A stretch of DNA of 64,000 nt from the NCBI GenBank assembly GCA_965216755.1, contig CBDCGL010000011.1, forward strand, positions 4,064,001-4,128,000. The letters run 5' to 3'. The notes under the pieces are model-generated. The model was not told the origin of the DNA. It searched no databases and saw only the letters and a program-made list of their open reading frames with translations. Source of the stretch: Alphaproteobacteria bacterium (GTDB lineage Bacteria; Pseudomonadota; Alphaproteobacteria; UBA7887). A program made the position numbers and the translations under genes. Below are positions 43,442-54,320 of this stretch, in pieces (the stretch's first letter is position 1; the number at the start of each line of letters is the position of its first letter).

Positions 43442-45031
43442 ATGAGCCAATCAAATACCGCGCCAAAGCGCTCGGCGGGTTCCGCACCGACGGAGCGCGT
43501 CACGATCTTTGACACGACCATGCGCGACGGCGAGCAATCGCCGGGTGCGTCGATGACCCTCGAAGAGAAAATCGAGATCGCGAAAGTCCTTGAGGAGATG
43601 GGCGTTGACGTCATCGAGGCGGGCTTTGCCATCGCGTCCAAGGGCGATTTCGAAGCGATCAGCGAGATCGCCAAGGTGGTCACCGAATCGGTGGTGTGTA
43701 GTTTGGCCCGTGCCGGCGCGAAGGATATCGACCGTGCCGCCGCGGCGCTCAAGGATGCCCGTCGCAAACGCATCCACACCTTCATCTCGACTAGCCCGCT
43801 GCATATGAAGCATAAATTGCAGATGAGCCCGGAGGCGGTTCATGAAGCGGTGGTCGCCAGCGTCACGCAGGCGCGCAATCTGTGCGATGATGTGGAATGG
43901 AGCCCCGAAGACGGCACCCGGACGGAGCATGATTTCCTGTGCCGTACGGTGGAAAGCGCGATCAAGGCCGGGGCCCGCACGATCAACATTCCCGATACGG
44001 TCGGCTACACCATGCCGGACGAGTTTACGGCGCTGATCGAAATGCTGCGCAACCGCGTGCCCAATATCGACAAAGCCGTGATCTCGGTCCACTGCCACAA
44101 TGATTTGGGATTGGCGGTGGCCAACTCGTTGGCCGCGGTCAAAGCCGGCGCCCGGCAAATCGAATGCACGGTCAATGGTCTCGGCGAGCGCGCTGGCAAT
44201 GCCGCCATGGAAGAGATCGTCATGGCGATGCGCACCCGCCACGATTTGATGCCGTTCGATACCGGTGTGCGAACCGAGCACATCATGCGCGCGTCTCGGT
44301 TGGTCTCGGCTGTCACCGGTTTTGTCGTGCAGCCGAACAAAGCGATAGTCGGCGCCAATGCGTTCGCCCACGAGTCGGGCATCCATCAGGACGGCATGCT
44401 GAAGCACGCCGGGACCTATGAAATCATGACGCCCGAATCGGTGGGACTTAGCCAGTCAACCCTTGTTATGGGCAAGCATTCGGGCCGCCACGCCTTTCGG
44501 ACCAAGCTGCGCGAGTTGGGTTACGAGCTCGGCGACAACGCGGTCAATGACGCTTTCGATCGGTTCAAGGATCTGGCCGATAAGAAAAAAGACGTCTATG
44601 ACGAAGATATCATAGCCCTGGTTGATGATGCCATGGCGCGCCGGCATGAGCGCATCCGCGTCACGTCCTTGCATGTCGATTGTGGTACCGATGTACAGCC
44701 GACGGCGACCTTGTCGCTGGAAGTTGATGGCACGCCGAACACGACCACTGCGGCGGGCGACGGTCCGGTCGACGCCATATTCAAGGCGATTGGCCAGCTG
44801 TTCCCACACCAAGCCAACCTTCAGCTGTTTCAAATACACGCTGTTACGGCGGGTACGGATGCGCAGGCCGAGGTTACGGTTCGACTTGAAGAAAATGGCC
44901 GTTCGGTTAATGGTAATGGCGCTGACACCGACACCATGGTTGCCAGCGCCCGCGCCTATGTGAACGCATTGAACAAATTGCTTGTGAAAAGGGAAAAATC
45001 AGCGCCGCAAGCGCTTGCCGCGCAAGCGTGA
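43442..45031 (+). CDS. leuA: 2-isopropylmalate synthase
   Basis: DTTMRDGEQSPG, HCHNDLG and HESGIHQDG motifs; C-terminal regulatory domain. Confidence 0.97.
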   Translation: MSQSNTAPKRSAGSAPTERVTIFDTTMRDGEQSPGASMTLEEKIEIAKVLEEMGVDVIEAGFAIASKGDFEAISEIAKVVTESVVCSLARAGAKDIDRAAAALKDARRKRIHTFISTSPLHMKHKLQMSPEAVHEAVVASVTQARNLCDDVEWSPEDGTRTEHDFLCRTVESAIKAGARTINIPDTVGYTMPDEFTALIEMLRNRVPNIDKAVISVHCHNDLGLAVANSLAAVKAGARQIECTVNGLGERAGNAAMEEIVMAMRTRHDLMPFDTGVRTEHIMRASRLVSAVTGFVVQPNKAIVGANAFAHESGIHQDGMLKHAGTYEIMTPESVGLSQSTLVMGKHSGRHAFRTKLRELGYELGDNAVNDAFDRFKDLADKKKDVYDEDIIALVDDAMARRHERIRVTSLHVDCGTDVQPTATLSLEVDGTPNTTTAAGDGPVDAIFKAIGQLFPHQANLQLFQIHAVTAGTDAQAEVTVRLEENGRSVNGNGADTDTMVASARAYVNALNKLLVKREKSAPQALAAQA

Positions 45032-45060
45032 TCTGTGCCACAGGGTGCGTAGCAAACAAA

Positions 45061-45102
45061 TTTTGGTGTGGCGCCGGACTTGACCCGCGCGCCACACCGA
45101 AA
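45061..45102. terminator. Hairpin/terminator between leuA and mreB
   Basis: TTTTGGTGTGGCGC...GCGCCACACCGAAA inverted repeat. Confidence 0.6.
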
Positions 45103-45112
45103 CAATTTGTAA

Positions 45113-46192
<1,080 letters not shown>

Positions 46193-46396
46193 GCCCTGAT
46201 GGGGCCGCGCCGCGTATTCGCTTTGGCCGCCCAAGGAGTGGTGCGGGAGTGCCAGACGAGGTCGCTGGCGGCAGGCGCCGTACGGTGGTTTTGGAGGGTG
46301 GTCTGTGACGGCGGCCAACGCCGCCAAATGGCCCTTTACTGTATGATTCTGGGGATGACTCACTTGGTTCGAAGCGGCCGCACGGAGTAGGCCTCC

Positions 46397-47317
46397 ATGC
46401 GGCGTTGGGGCAGCGGTTCCGTTTCACGTGTGGCGACCCCGGTGCGCGCGGCTCTGCAGCGCTTCGGCCTGCTGGCGACGGTGACATTCGCGATAACGCT
46501 GATGGTGCTTGGCAAGGCCGACGTGGTCATCATCGAGCGTGCGCGCATGGCTGTTGCTGATTTCATGTCTCCGCTCTTGGATGCTGTTTCGCGCCCGGTC
46601 GAATCGGTCCACGAAGTGGCCGCCGAGGTGCGCGGACTGTTCACCCTGCGCCAAGACAATCAGCGGCTGAGCCTGGCGAATGAGCGCTTGCAGCGTTGGG
46701 AAATGGTTGCCCGGCGGCTGGAGCGTGAAAACGCGTCTCTGCGCTCGCTGCTGCACTTTCAACCTGAAATCACCGGTCCCTTTGTTTCCGCGCGTGTATT
46801 GGCGGATTCGGGCAGCGCTTTTGTGCGCACCATGCTGATCAATGTCGGTGCTGACGACGGTGTCGCGAAGGGCCAGGCCGTGATCGATAGCACCGGTTTG
46901 GTTGGCCGGTTGGTGGCGGTTGGCCACAATACGTCACGGATCTTGTTGATCACAGACCTTAACTCGCGCATTCCGGTCGTGGTCGAGAACAGCCGCCAAC
47001 GGGCTATTTTGGCCGGCGACAACACCGATCTTCTCTATCTCGATTTGATGCCGAATAACGTTTACATACCGGTCGGGGCCCGTATCGTCACCTCGGGTCA
47101 TGGCGGCCTTTTGCCGTCGGGCCTACCGGTTGGCGTGGTCAGCGCGGTGGGCGATGCTGGCGTGAAAGTGCAGCCACTGGTGCCGTTTAGCCGGCTTGAA
47201 TATGTGCGCGTTATCGATCGCGCCAGCTTGCGATTTCAACCGTTGCCATCGGGGCGTGGCATTGTTGGCCCGACAACCACGCCGTTCCCAATCATTACCA
47301 ATAGCGCGCGGCAATGA
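46397..47317 (+). CDS. mreC: Rod shape-determining protein MreC
   Basis: TM plus coiled coil, GLVGR and TSGHGG motifs; operon position. Confidence 0.94.
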   Translation: MRRWGSGSVSRVATPVRAALQRFGLLATVTFAITLMVLGKADVVIIERARMAVADFMSPLLDAVSRPVESVHEVAAEVRGLFTLRQDNQRLSLANERLQRWEMVARRLERENASLRSLLHFQPEITGPFVSARVLADSGSAFVRTMLINVGADDGVAKGQAVIDSTGLVGRLVAVGHNTSRILLITDLNSRIPVVVENSRQRAILAGDNTDLLYLDLMPNNVYIPVGARIVTSGHGGLLPSGLPVGVVSAVGDAGVKVQPLVPFSRLEYVRVIDRASLRFQPLPSGRGIVGPTTTPFPIITNSARQ

Positions 47318-47835
47318 CCGACGATCGCACCCTCTTACAACGCGTGGAAACCGGTTTGTGGGGACTGATTCCCTTTGCGATCAGTATCGTGCTGGTGATA
47401 ATTTGCGTGCTACCGATTGGGGTATTGGCGTTGGGGCCGGTGATGCCCCTGTTGCCGTTGATGTCGGTTTACTATTGGGCGGTCCACCGACCCGAACTAG
47501 TGCCGTTTGCGGCAACCGGCGCGGTTGGGCTCTTGCAAGACATCGTGTCGGGTACACCGATGGGGCTTTCGGCGCTGTTATTGTTGGCGGCCCATGGCGT
47601 GGTCGCGGCGCGCAACGGCTTGTTTCGCGGCCGGTCGTTTGCTGTGCTGTGGTTTGGCTTTTCACTCATCGCCCTCGGGGCGACGATGTTGGCCTGGATT
47701 TTGGTATCGTTCTATTTCGGCGCGTTCGTCGCGGCCAGTCCAGCGGCGATCCAACTGTTCTTGACCGTGGCTTTGTACCCGGCCGCAGCCTGGTTTTTCG
47801 GCATCGTCCGGCGCGACGTGCTGCCGCCACTCTGA
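47314..47835 (+). CDS. mreD: Rod shape-determining protein MreD
   Basis: YYWAVHRP and GLLQDIVSGTPMG motifs. Confidence 0.92.
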   Translation: MTDDRTLLQRVETGLWGLIPFAISIVLVIICVLPIGVLALGPVMPLLPLMSVYYWAVHRPELVPFAATGAVGLLQDIVSGTPMGLSALLLLAAHGVVAARNGLFRGRSFAVLWFGFSLIALGATMLAWILVSFYFGAFVAASPAAIQLFLTVALYPAAAWFFGIVRRDVLPPL

Positions 47836-47850
47836 ACGCGCGACACAATC

Positions 47851-49734
47851 ATGAACCAGCAAGAGCTCAGCCGTATCAAGACCTTCAACCGCCGGGCGCT
47901 GGTGGTCGGCGGCAGCCAATTGGCGGTCATGACGGTGCTGGCGGGGCGGCTCTACTATTTGCAAGCGGTCGAATCCGAACGCTATCGGATGCTGGCCGAA
48001 GAAAATCGCGTCAATTTGCGCCTGTTGGCGCCGCCACGTGGCCGCGTGTTCGATCGGTTTGGGCAAATGCTTGCTCAAAACCGGCACAACTATCGCGTTG
48101 TTCTGGTGCCGGAGCAAACCGACGATATTGACGTGACGCTTGCGGCGTTGGGCCAGATTATCCCCGTATCGGAGGAAGATCGGGCGCGGGTGCTACGCGA
48201 AGCCAAGCGTCGACGCGGCTTTGTGCCGGTGATGATTCGCCAACACCTGACCTGGCGTCAGGTGTCGCAGATTGAAATTAATGGCCCTGATTTGCCTGGC
48301 GTCGCGATTGAGGTCGGACAATTGCGGCATTACCCCAACGGTGCGGCGATCGCCCATGTCATCGGCTATGTGGCGGCGGCGTCAGAGGACGATCTGACCG
48401 GCGATCCGCTGCTTGAGCTGCCCGACTTTCGGATTGGCAAGAATGGCATCGAGAAAGTGCATGATCAGGCCCTGCGCGGCGCGGCCGGGCGGCTGCATGT
48501 GGAAGTCAATGCCCATGGCCGGGTCATCCGCGAGCTTGATCGTCATGAGGGTGCGCGTGGCCAGGATGTAACGCTGACGCTCGATTTGGCGCTACAGGGC
48601 TTCGTCAACCGCCGTTTGGGCGATGAGAGCGCCGCGGCCGTATTGCTGGACGTGCATTCCGGCGAGACCCTGGCTCTGGCGGCGACGCCCGGATTTGATC
48701 CCAACGCCTTTAACCGCGGCCTAAGTCAGGAAAACTGGCGGCGCTTGGTCGACAATCCGCGGTCGCCGCTGATCAACAAAACCATTGCCGGCCGCTATCC
48801 ACCGGGCTCGACGTTCAAGCCCGTGGTTGCGTTGGCCGCACTTGAAGCCGGCGTCATGGGACCGGATCACACGGTTTTCTGTCCGGGTCACATGACATTG
48901 GGCAATCGCCGCTTTCACTGCTGGAAACGAGGCGGTCATGGCGAACTGAAAATGGTTGAGGCGCTGGCCCATTCCTGCGACGTCTATTTCTACGACGTTG
49001 CTTTGAAAACCGGCATCGATCGAATCGCGGCGATGGCCGCGCGACTGGGCTTGGGTCCGGCGACCGGATTTGATTTGCCGGGCGAACGCGCCGGTTTGGT
49101 GCCGACGCGGGCGTGGAAGGAAGCCACGATTGGAGAGCGCTGGCAAAAAGGCGAAACTTTGGTTGTCGGAATTGGCCAGGGTTACATGCTGTCGACGCCG
49201 CTTCAACTGGCCGCGATGACCGCGCGGATCGCCAATGGCGGCTATGAGGTTTTGCCGCATATCACGCGTCGGATTGGCGACGGCTTCACGCGGCCACTGA
49301 CCGCGCAAATGGTGCCCATTGGCCTATCGGACGCCGCTCTTGACGTCGTGCGTCGGGGTATGGAACGGGTCGTCAATCACCCGCGCGGCACAGCCTTTCG
49401 GTCGCGGATCGAGGAAGAAGGTTTCGCGATGGCCGGCAAGACCGGTACCAGCCAGGTGCGGCGCATCAGTCGGGCCGAACGCGAAAGCGGCGTCATCAAA
49501 AATGAAGACCGCCCCTGGAAAGAGCGCGACCACGCGCTGTTTATCGGTTATGCGCCGGTGCACCAGCCGCGCTACGCGGTTGCGGTGGTGGTGGAGCATG
49601 GCGGTGGTGGCTCAAGAGCCGCGGCACCGATCGCGCGCGATATTTTGCGCGAGGCACAACGGCGTGACCCTATCGGCGCCCTGAGCGGTGGCCGTGTGTC
49701 TGATCGGACGCCGCCGGCCAAGGACAAGGGTTAG
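47851..49734 (+). CDS. mrdA: Penicillin-binding protein 2
   Basis: STFK, SCD and KTG active-site motifs. Confidence 0.96.
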   Translation: MNQQELSRIKTFNRRALVVGGSQLAVMTVLAGRLYYLQAVESERYRMLAEENRVNLRLLAPPRGRVFDRFGQMLAQNRHNYRVVLVPEQTDDIDVTLAALGQIIPVSEEDRARVLREAKRRRGFVPVMIRQHLTWRQVSQIEINGPDLPGVAIEVGQLRHYPNGAAIAHVIGYVAAASEDDLTGDPLLELPDFRIGKNGIEKVHDQALRGAAGRLHVEVNAHGRVIRELDRHEGARGQDVTLTLDLALQGFVNRRLGDESAAAVLLDVHSGETLALAATPGFDPNAFNRGLSQENWRRLVDNPRSPLINKTIAGRYPPGSTFKPVVALAALEAGVMGPDHTVFCPGHMTLGNRRFHCWKRGGHGELKMVEALAHSCDVYFYDVALKTGIDRIAAMAARLGLGPATGFDLPGERAGLVPTRAWKEATIGERWQKGETLVVGIGQGYMLSTPLQLAAMTARIANGGYEVLPHITRRIGDGFTRPLTAQMVPIGLSDAALDVVRRGMERVVNHPRGTAFRSRIEEEGFAMAGKTGTSQVRRISRAERESGVIKNEDRPWKERDHALFIGYAPVHQPRYAVAVVVEHGGGGSRAAAPIARDILREAQRRDPIGALSGGRVSDRTPPAKDKG

Positions 49735-49738
49735 CGCG

Positions 49739-50893
49739 TTGGCAGGTTCAGCGTTTTCCCTGCGCCGTCACGAGCGCTCGTTGCTGGAGAAATTGGCGGA
49801 GTTCAATTGGCCGCTGGTGTTGTTGGTGACCATCCTGGCTTGCTTCGGCGTGGCCATGCTCTATTCCGCGGCCAATGGCAGCTTGTCGCCATGGTCATCG
49901 CGCCACATGGTGCGCTTTGGGTTCGGGTTGGTCGTTATGACCGTCGTTGCGCTGGTCGACATTCGGTTGTGGATGCGCTGGGCCTACCCGATCTATTTCG
50001 CGGCCTTGGCGATGTTGGTGGCGGTCGAGATATCGGGCCGCGTTGGGATGGGCGCCCAGCGCTGGGTCGACCTTGGTGTGATTCAGCTGCAACCGTCGGA
50101 ACTCGCCAAAATCGGTTTGGTTTTGGCGCTGGCGCGCTACTTTCACGGCCGCACATTGGACGACGCGCGGCGTATCGTGCCCTTGGCCGCGCCGCTCCTG
50201 ATGATGGCGGCGCCGATTATTTTGGTCTTGCGCCAGCCGGACCTCGGCACGGCGGTGATGCTGGCGGCGGGTGCCAGCGCCGTATTGTTTCTCAGCGGCG
50301 TGCGGTTGTGGAAATTCGCCGCTACGGGCATTGCCGGGTTGGCGGCGATCCCAATTGCCTGGCAATTCTTGCGTGAGTATCAAAAAGGCCGTGTGCTGAC
50401 CTTTTTGAATCCGGAGCGCGACCCCCTGGGCGCTGGCTATCACATCCAGCAGTCGAAAATCGCCCTTGGCTCCGGCGGTGTGTTTGGCAAGGGGTTCATG
50501 CAGGGCACCCAGAGCCATTTGAGCTTTTTGCCGGAGAAACAAACCGATTTCATTTTCACCATGCTGGCTGAAGAGCTGGGTCTGATCGGCGGCCTGGTGC
50601 TGTTGGCGTTTTATGGCTTGGTATTGGCGTATGCCTTGGCGATCAGCCTGCGCTGTCGGTCGCAGTTCGGGCGCTTGGTGGGGATGGGCATGTCGGTGAC
50701 GTTCTCGCTGTATGTGTTCATCAATGTGGCCATGGTGATGGGCTTGATTCCGGTGGTCGGCGTGCCGCTGCCGCTGGTGTCCTATGGCGGCACGGCGATG
50801 CTCACGATCATGATCGCGATCGGTCTGTTGATGTGTGTCTATGTTCATCGCGATATCGAGATCAGCCGGCGCCCGGAACGGTCCTTCGATTAA
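49739..50893 (+). CDS. rodA: SEDS peptidoglycan polymerase RodA
   Basis: GAQRW, QPSELAK, QPDLGT and LPEKQTDFIF motifs; start uncertain. Confidence 0.95.
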   Translation: MAGSAFSLRRHERSLLEKLAEFNWPLVLLVTILACFGVAMLYSAANGSLSPWSSRHMVRFGFGLVVMTVVALVDIRLWMRWAYPIYFAALAMLVAVEISGRVGMGAQRWVDLGVIQLQPSELAKIGLVLALARYFHGRTLDDARRIVPLAAPLLMMAAPIILVLRQPDLGTAVMLAAGASAVLFLSGVRLWKFAATGIAGLAAIPIAWQFLREYQKGRVLTFLNPERDPLGAGYHIQQSKIALGSGGVFGKGFMQGTQSHLSFLPEKQTDFIFTMLAEELGLIGGLVLLAFYGLVLAYALAISLRCRSQFGRLVGMGMSVTFSLYVFINVAMVMGLIPVVGVPLPLVSYGGTAMLTIMIAIGLLMCVYVHRDIEISRRPERSFD

Positions 50894-50959
50894 GTGCGCT
50901 GCCGGCCGATGCCCGGATCTCGACAATGTCTAGCCGGTTTGATATATGCGCAGGTGGTG

Positions 50960-51035
<76 letters not shown>

Positions 51036-51039
51036 ATTA

Positions 51040-51102
51040 AATCAATAGGTTAGTGAGGGTGATGACCCGGCAGTTTAATCCGTTGGTCGCATACTGGTCG
51101 CA
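51040..51102 (+). promoter_or_regulatory. IHF consensus site plus direct repeats resembling integrase arm sites
   Basis: AATCAATAGGTTA matches WATCAANNNNTTR; TGGTCGCA at 51084 and 51095. Confidence 0.6.
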
Positions 51103-51157
51103 GAAATTTTTCTTGAGGAGATATTGCCCGTCCTGAATCGGAGAAGAGCCTGAAGCA

Positions 51158-51922
51158 GTGAAGTGGGAATCAAGGGTGCTGGCGCTGGTAGCATTCGTTA
51201 GTCTTGCGGTCGCTGTTGGCGGTTTTGTGTCGGAGGTGACCCCGGGGAAATTTGAGCGTGGGCTCGCGCTTTGGACAGAATACACAGGCTTGCAGTCTGC
51301 CGCTGATTGGGTCGCGGACAACACAATCTACATCACCGCTCTGGCAACTTTCGCCCTCGGTTTCGTGGCCGGAATGTATTTTCGGAAGATCAACGCGCAG
51401 ATTTCCACGCGCAAAGACGACCCGGCGGCGTTTAAGCCTCAACTGGTCCAGTTTGCAGAGAACGTACGTACAACCAGGGATGCTCATCTGTATGACGCGC
51501 TTTGTTACATCGTCACCGGTGAGTGGGGCAAAAAGCTCGAATGGTTAGAAAATCCGGATCAAGCCAATGCACTCGCGAATGCTTGTACGGATGTCATGCA
51601 AAACGCCCTCGACGGGAAACTACCTATCTGGGGACGTATAGGACTGTCTGGTCTCCAAGAGGAGATACCGCGTGAATATTGGAAACACTATCAGATAAAC
51701 TTCATGAAGGTCATGGGCCTCCAGAAGCCCGAGGAACTAACCGTCGAACCGAAGCGCGCTGCGACTATCCGTTGGCGTCGGTACGAAGGCCTTATGACTT
51801 CCAAATACAGGGTTGAAGAATTGTGGTCCGCCAAAAGTTCGGACGAGGCGATTAGCGACTCCGCCACCGACTCACCCTTGGGTCGTCGTCCGGCAACAAA
51901 AGACTCAAACGCAACGCATTAA
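51158..51922 (+). CDS. Hypothetical membrane-anchored protein
   Basis: 254-aa ORF with two N-terminal hydrophobic segments and a soluble Trp-rich C-terminal domain. Confidence 0.7.
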   Translation: MKWESRVLALVAFVSLAVAVGGFVSEVTPGKFERGLALWTEYTGLQSAADWVADNTIYITALATFALGFVAGMYFRKINAQISTRKDDPAAFKPQLVQFAENVRTTRDAHLYDALCYIVTGEWGKKLEWLENPDQANALANACTDVMQNALDGKLPIWGRIGLSGLQEEIPREYWKHYQINFMKVMGLQKPEELTVEPKRAATIRWRRYEGLMTSKYRVEELWSAKSSDEAISDSATDSPLGRRPATKDSNATH

Positions 51923-52058
51923 CGGCGGCCTTCGCCAGGAACATGAAGTCTCTGTCTCGATGTTCTGGATTCTTTTCTCGGGCCAGCGAGCGGATAACTT
52001 TGCCGTTCTGCTTCAGGGCCGTCGATATCGCTAAGGCGACGTCTTCATCGTAGGTCAT
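51852..52058 (-). CDS. Small hypothetical protein, putatively SOS-regulated
   Basis: 68-aa ORF starting 20 bp downstream of a LexA box, with a TATGAT -10-like hexamer. Confidence 0.5.
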   Translation of the reverse strand: MTYDEDVALAISTALKQNGKVIRSLAREKNPEHRDRDFMFLAKAAVNALRLSLLLPDDDPRVSRWRSR

Positions 52059-52077
52059 GGCAGCGAAAATATCATAA

Positions 52078-52092
52078 GAACATAAAGAGAAC
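52078..52092 (-). promoter_or_regulatory. Alphaproteobacterial LexA (SOS) box
   Basis: GAAC-ATAAAGA-GAAC (GTTC-N7-GTTC on the minus strand) in a divergent intergenic region. Confidence 0.7.
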
Positions 52093-52136
52093 AACAGGGT
52101 CTTGTATCTGGTTTCTCAATGCTTTAAATATCAACC

Positions 52137-52535
52137 ATGGACAGCACAAGCACAGTTGTTGTTTCTGTTGACACGCTCGCGTTCGCAGCGTCTGTTGACG
52201 AAGAGACCCCGCCCGTATTTGACCAATCGGTGTGGCCCTGGGTTAAAGCGACGGTCGGCATCGGTGCAATCGTCGTCGGGGGCGCGTTAGTCGGCACACA
52301 ATCGGAAGAGTTTGGCGAGGCAGCCAACGATGTGGCCAGCGGTCTAGCGCAGACAGCTACCTCGGCTAGCGGAACCTCGGTCATTGCGGACACTGTGATT
52401 GCTGGACAAGTCTACGTAATAGAACTGCCGGCGCCTGGCCAAACATCGGGCGAGTTGGTTGATGACGGGCCGGTTATGGTTTCACGCGGCGTTGATGGAC
52501 GCCTTCAAGTTGTTCGCGGCGATCTCCCTGGCTAG
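52137..52535 (+). CDS. Hypothetical single-TM protein
   Basis: 132-aa ORF with one hydrophobic segment. Confidence 0.5.
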   Translation: MDSTSTVVVSVDTLAFAASVDEETPPVFDQSVWPWVKATVGIGAIVVGGALVGTQSEEFGEAANDVASGLAQTATSASGTSVIADTVIAGQVYVIELPAPGQTSGELVDDGPVMVSRGVDGRLQVVRGDLPG

Positions 52536-52536
52536 T

Positions 52537-52620
52537 CGCCACTCAACGCAAACTGTTCGCCGACCCTCCGAAGAGCCCAAAACACATAGCCAGGTGTCCG
52601 ATCAAACGGGGGCAACTCCA
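52537..52620 (+). mobile_element. IS3-family end scar
   Basis: GGTGTCCGATCAAACGGGGGCAACTCCA resembles an IS3 right IR ending in CA; preceded by an RHST peptide like an OrfB C-terminus. Confidence 0.45.
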
Positions 52621-52895
52621 TCAGACCAGCTCCGACTGGATCGTTTGGGTTCAGCTTGGGGTAATTCTGAGACTATGTAGTTCAAACTGCAAATGTCCGC
52701 TTGTTGAGCATGTGCGGCCAAAACCCTACGTCGCTTTGATTAAGCGCCGATCCTCAGCAACCTTGCCAAACACCGGTGCCGGGCCATGAACCCTTCTTTC
52801 GCCTGACGACAGTTCGCGACCACGATCACACACGGGTGCGGCTCCGGCAGGTCACGTCGTCACCAACTTTCGCTCATTGCTCTGATAATTAGACA

Positions 52896-53063
52896 ATGAA
52901 TAACAATAACGATAACCGGGGGAACCCGGAGATGATGAATGTCACGTTGCCGCCCGACTTGCTCGAAGAGCTTGACGCGCAATGTGCGGAGTTTGGGTTG
53001 TCGCGAACGGAAGCGATCCAAGACGCTGCGAACGGTCGCCCACGCATCGCTCGCCATTATTAG
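52896..53063 (+). CDS. Small CopG/NikR-like ribbon-helix-helix protein (not in ORF track)
   Basis: MMNVTLPPDLLEELDAQCAEFGLSRTEAIQDA fits the RHH pattern; alternative start 52932. Confidence 0.65.
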   Translation: MNNNNDNRGNPEMMNVTLPPDLLEELDAQCAEFGLSRTEAIQDAANGRPRIARHY

Positions 53064-53187
53064 CGAATAACCCGCGGCGAGTTTGTCTGCTTGTCGTCAG
53101 CGGCCGGCGCTGCGTCCTTACGGTTATGCGAGAATACCGTAGGAAGTTAGGTTAAGTTCATGCAAAGACCAAAGTGGGAGAAATTTC

Positions 53188-54255
53188 ATGACGCATGCAT
53201 TTGCGGTCTCTGGCCTGGCTCTCGCGCTGACGGTTGCGGCGGTGCCGTTTGTCGGCCCAGCTTTGGCCATCGACGAGAAGGAGTTCAGGATCGTCGGGAC
53301 CTGGGGAAATCTGTTCGCCTGGAAGGAATTTGAAAATCGATTTTGGACCGAAGACTTGCCGAACGCGTCAGGTGGCAAACTGACCGCGAATGCCAAGCCA
53401 TATACGGAACTTGGCCTGTCGGGTTTCGAAGTCGTTCGTCTCCTGAAACTTGGCGCGTACGACGCCGCGCACGCGGTGACCACCTATGCCGCGCAGGATG
53501 CGCCTGAACTTGAAGGCATCGATCTAGCCGGCGTGTTCCAGGACTTCCCAACTTATCGCAAGGCCATCAACGCCTATCGACCCGTGATCGAAGAGGCGCT
53601 GGCGTCGAAGTACAACGCCAAGCTCCTGATGATGTATGCGTTCCCAAGCCAGCAGCTTTGGTGCAATTTGCAAGCGGGTTCGGGCGCGTCGCTTAAAGAC
53701 CTTGAAGGCATGAAGATCCGGACCTACTCGTCGACGCTCGGCGACTTCATCGAAGGGCTCGGCGCAAGCGCCGTGACGATTGCGTTCGCCGAAGTTGTGC
53801 CCGCCCTGCAGAAGGGCGTTGCGGACTGCGGCATCACCGGTACAACACCGGCCTACAATGCCAAGTGGTGGCAGGTCGCAAACACCAATATCCGTATTCG
53901 GCTCGGCTATGCCGCCACTTTCGGTGCGATGAACATGTCGGTCTGGCAGGGGCTTTCGCAAGAGTCCCGGGACACGATCATGGAGGCGGCCCAAAAGCTT
54001 GAGGACGAGATGTGGACCCGTATTGCGGAGCTCGACTTGATCGGCATGAACTGCAACGCAAGCGGGCCCTGCCCGATGGGCGATCCCGGCGGCATGACGC
54101 CGGTCGAACCATCCGATGCCGACAAGGCGCAGCTGAAGGACATCGTCACGAATTTCGTGCTGAAACGTTTCGCAAAACGGTGCGGTAAGGCCTGCGCTGA
54201 GACGTGGAACGCGACGGTTGGCGAAGTCGCCGGCATCCACGCGCCGATCGACTAA
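53188..54255 (+). CDS. dctP: TRAP transporter substrate-binding protein
   Basis: Signal peptide; LEGMKIRT and EVVPALQKGVADCGITG motifs; Cys-rich C-terminus. Confidence 0.93.
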   Translation: MTHAFAVSGLALALTVAAVPFVGPALAIDEKEFRIVGTWGNLFAWKEFENRFWTEDLPNASGGKLTANAKPYTELGLSGFEVVRLLKLGAYDAAHAVTTYAAQDAPELEGIDLAGVFQDFPTYRKAINAYRPVIEEALASKYNAKLLMMYAFPSQQLWCNLQAGSGASLKDLEGMKIRTYSSTLGDFIEGLGASAVTIAFAEVVPALQKGVADCGITGTTPAYNAKWWQVANTNIRIRLGYAATFGAMNMSVWQGLSQESRDTIMEAAQKLEDEMWTRIAELDLIGMNCNASGPCPMGDPGGMTPVEPSDADKAQLKDIVTNFVLKRFAKRCGKACAETWNATVGEVAGIHAPID

Positions 54256-54320
54256 CGGCCAGGCATTTGGCCTTCGGGGCCCACAGTCGGCCGTGATATT
54301 TTCGTCCAGGGGAACTTCCG

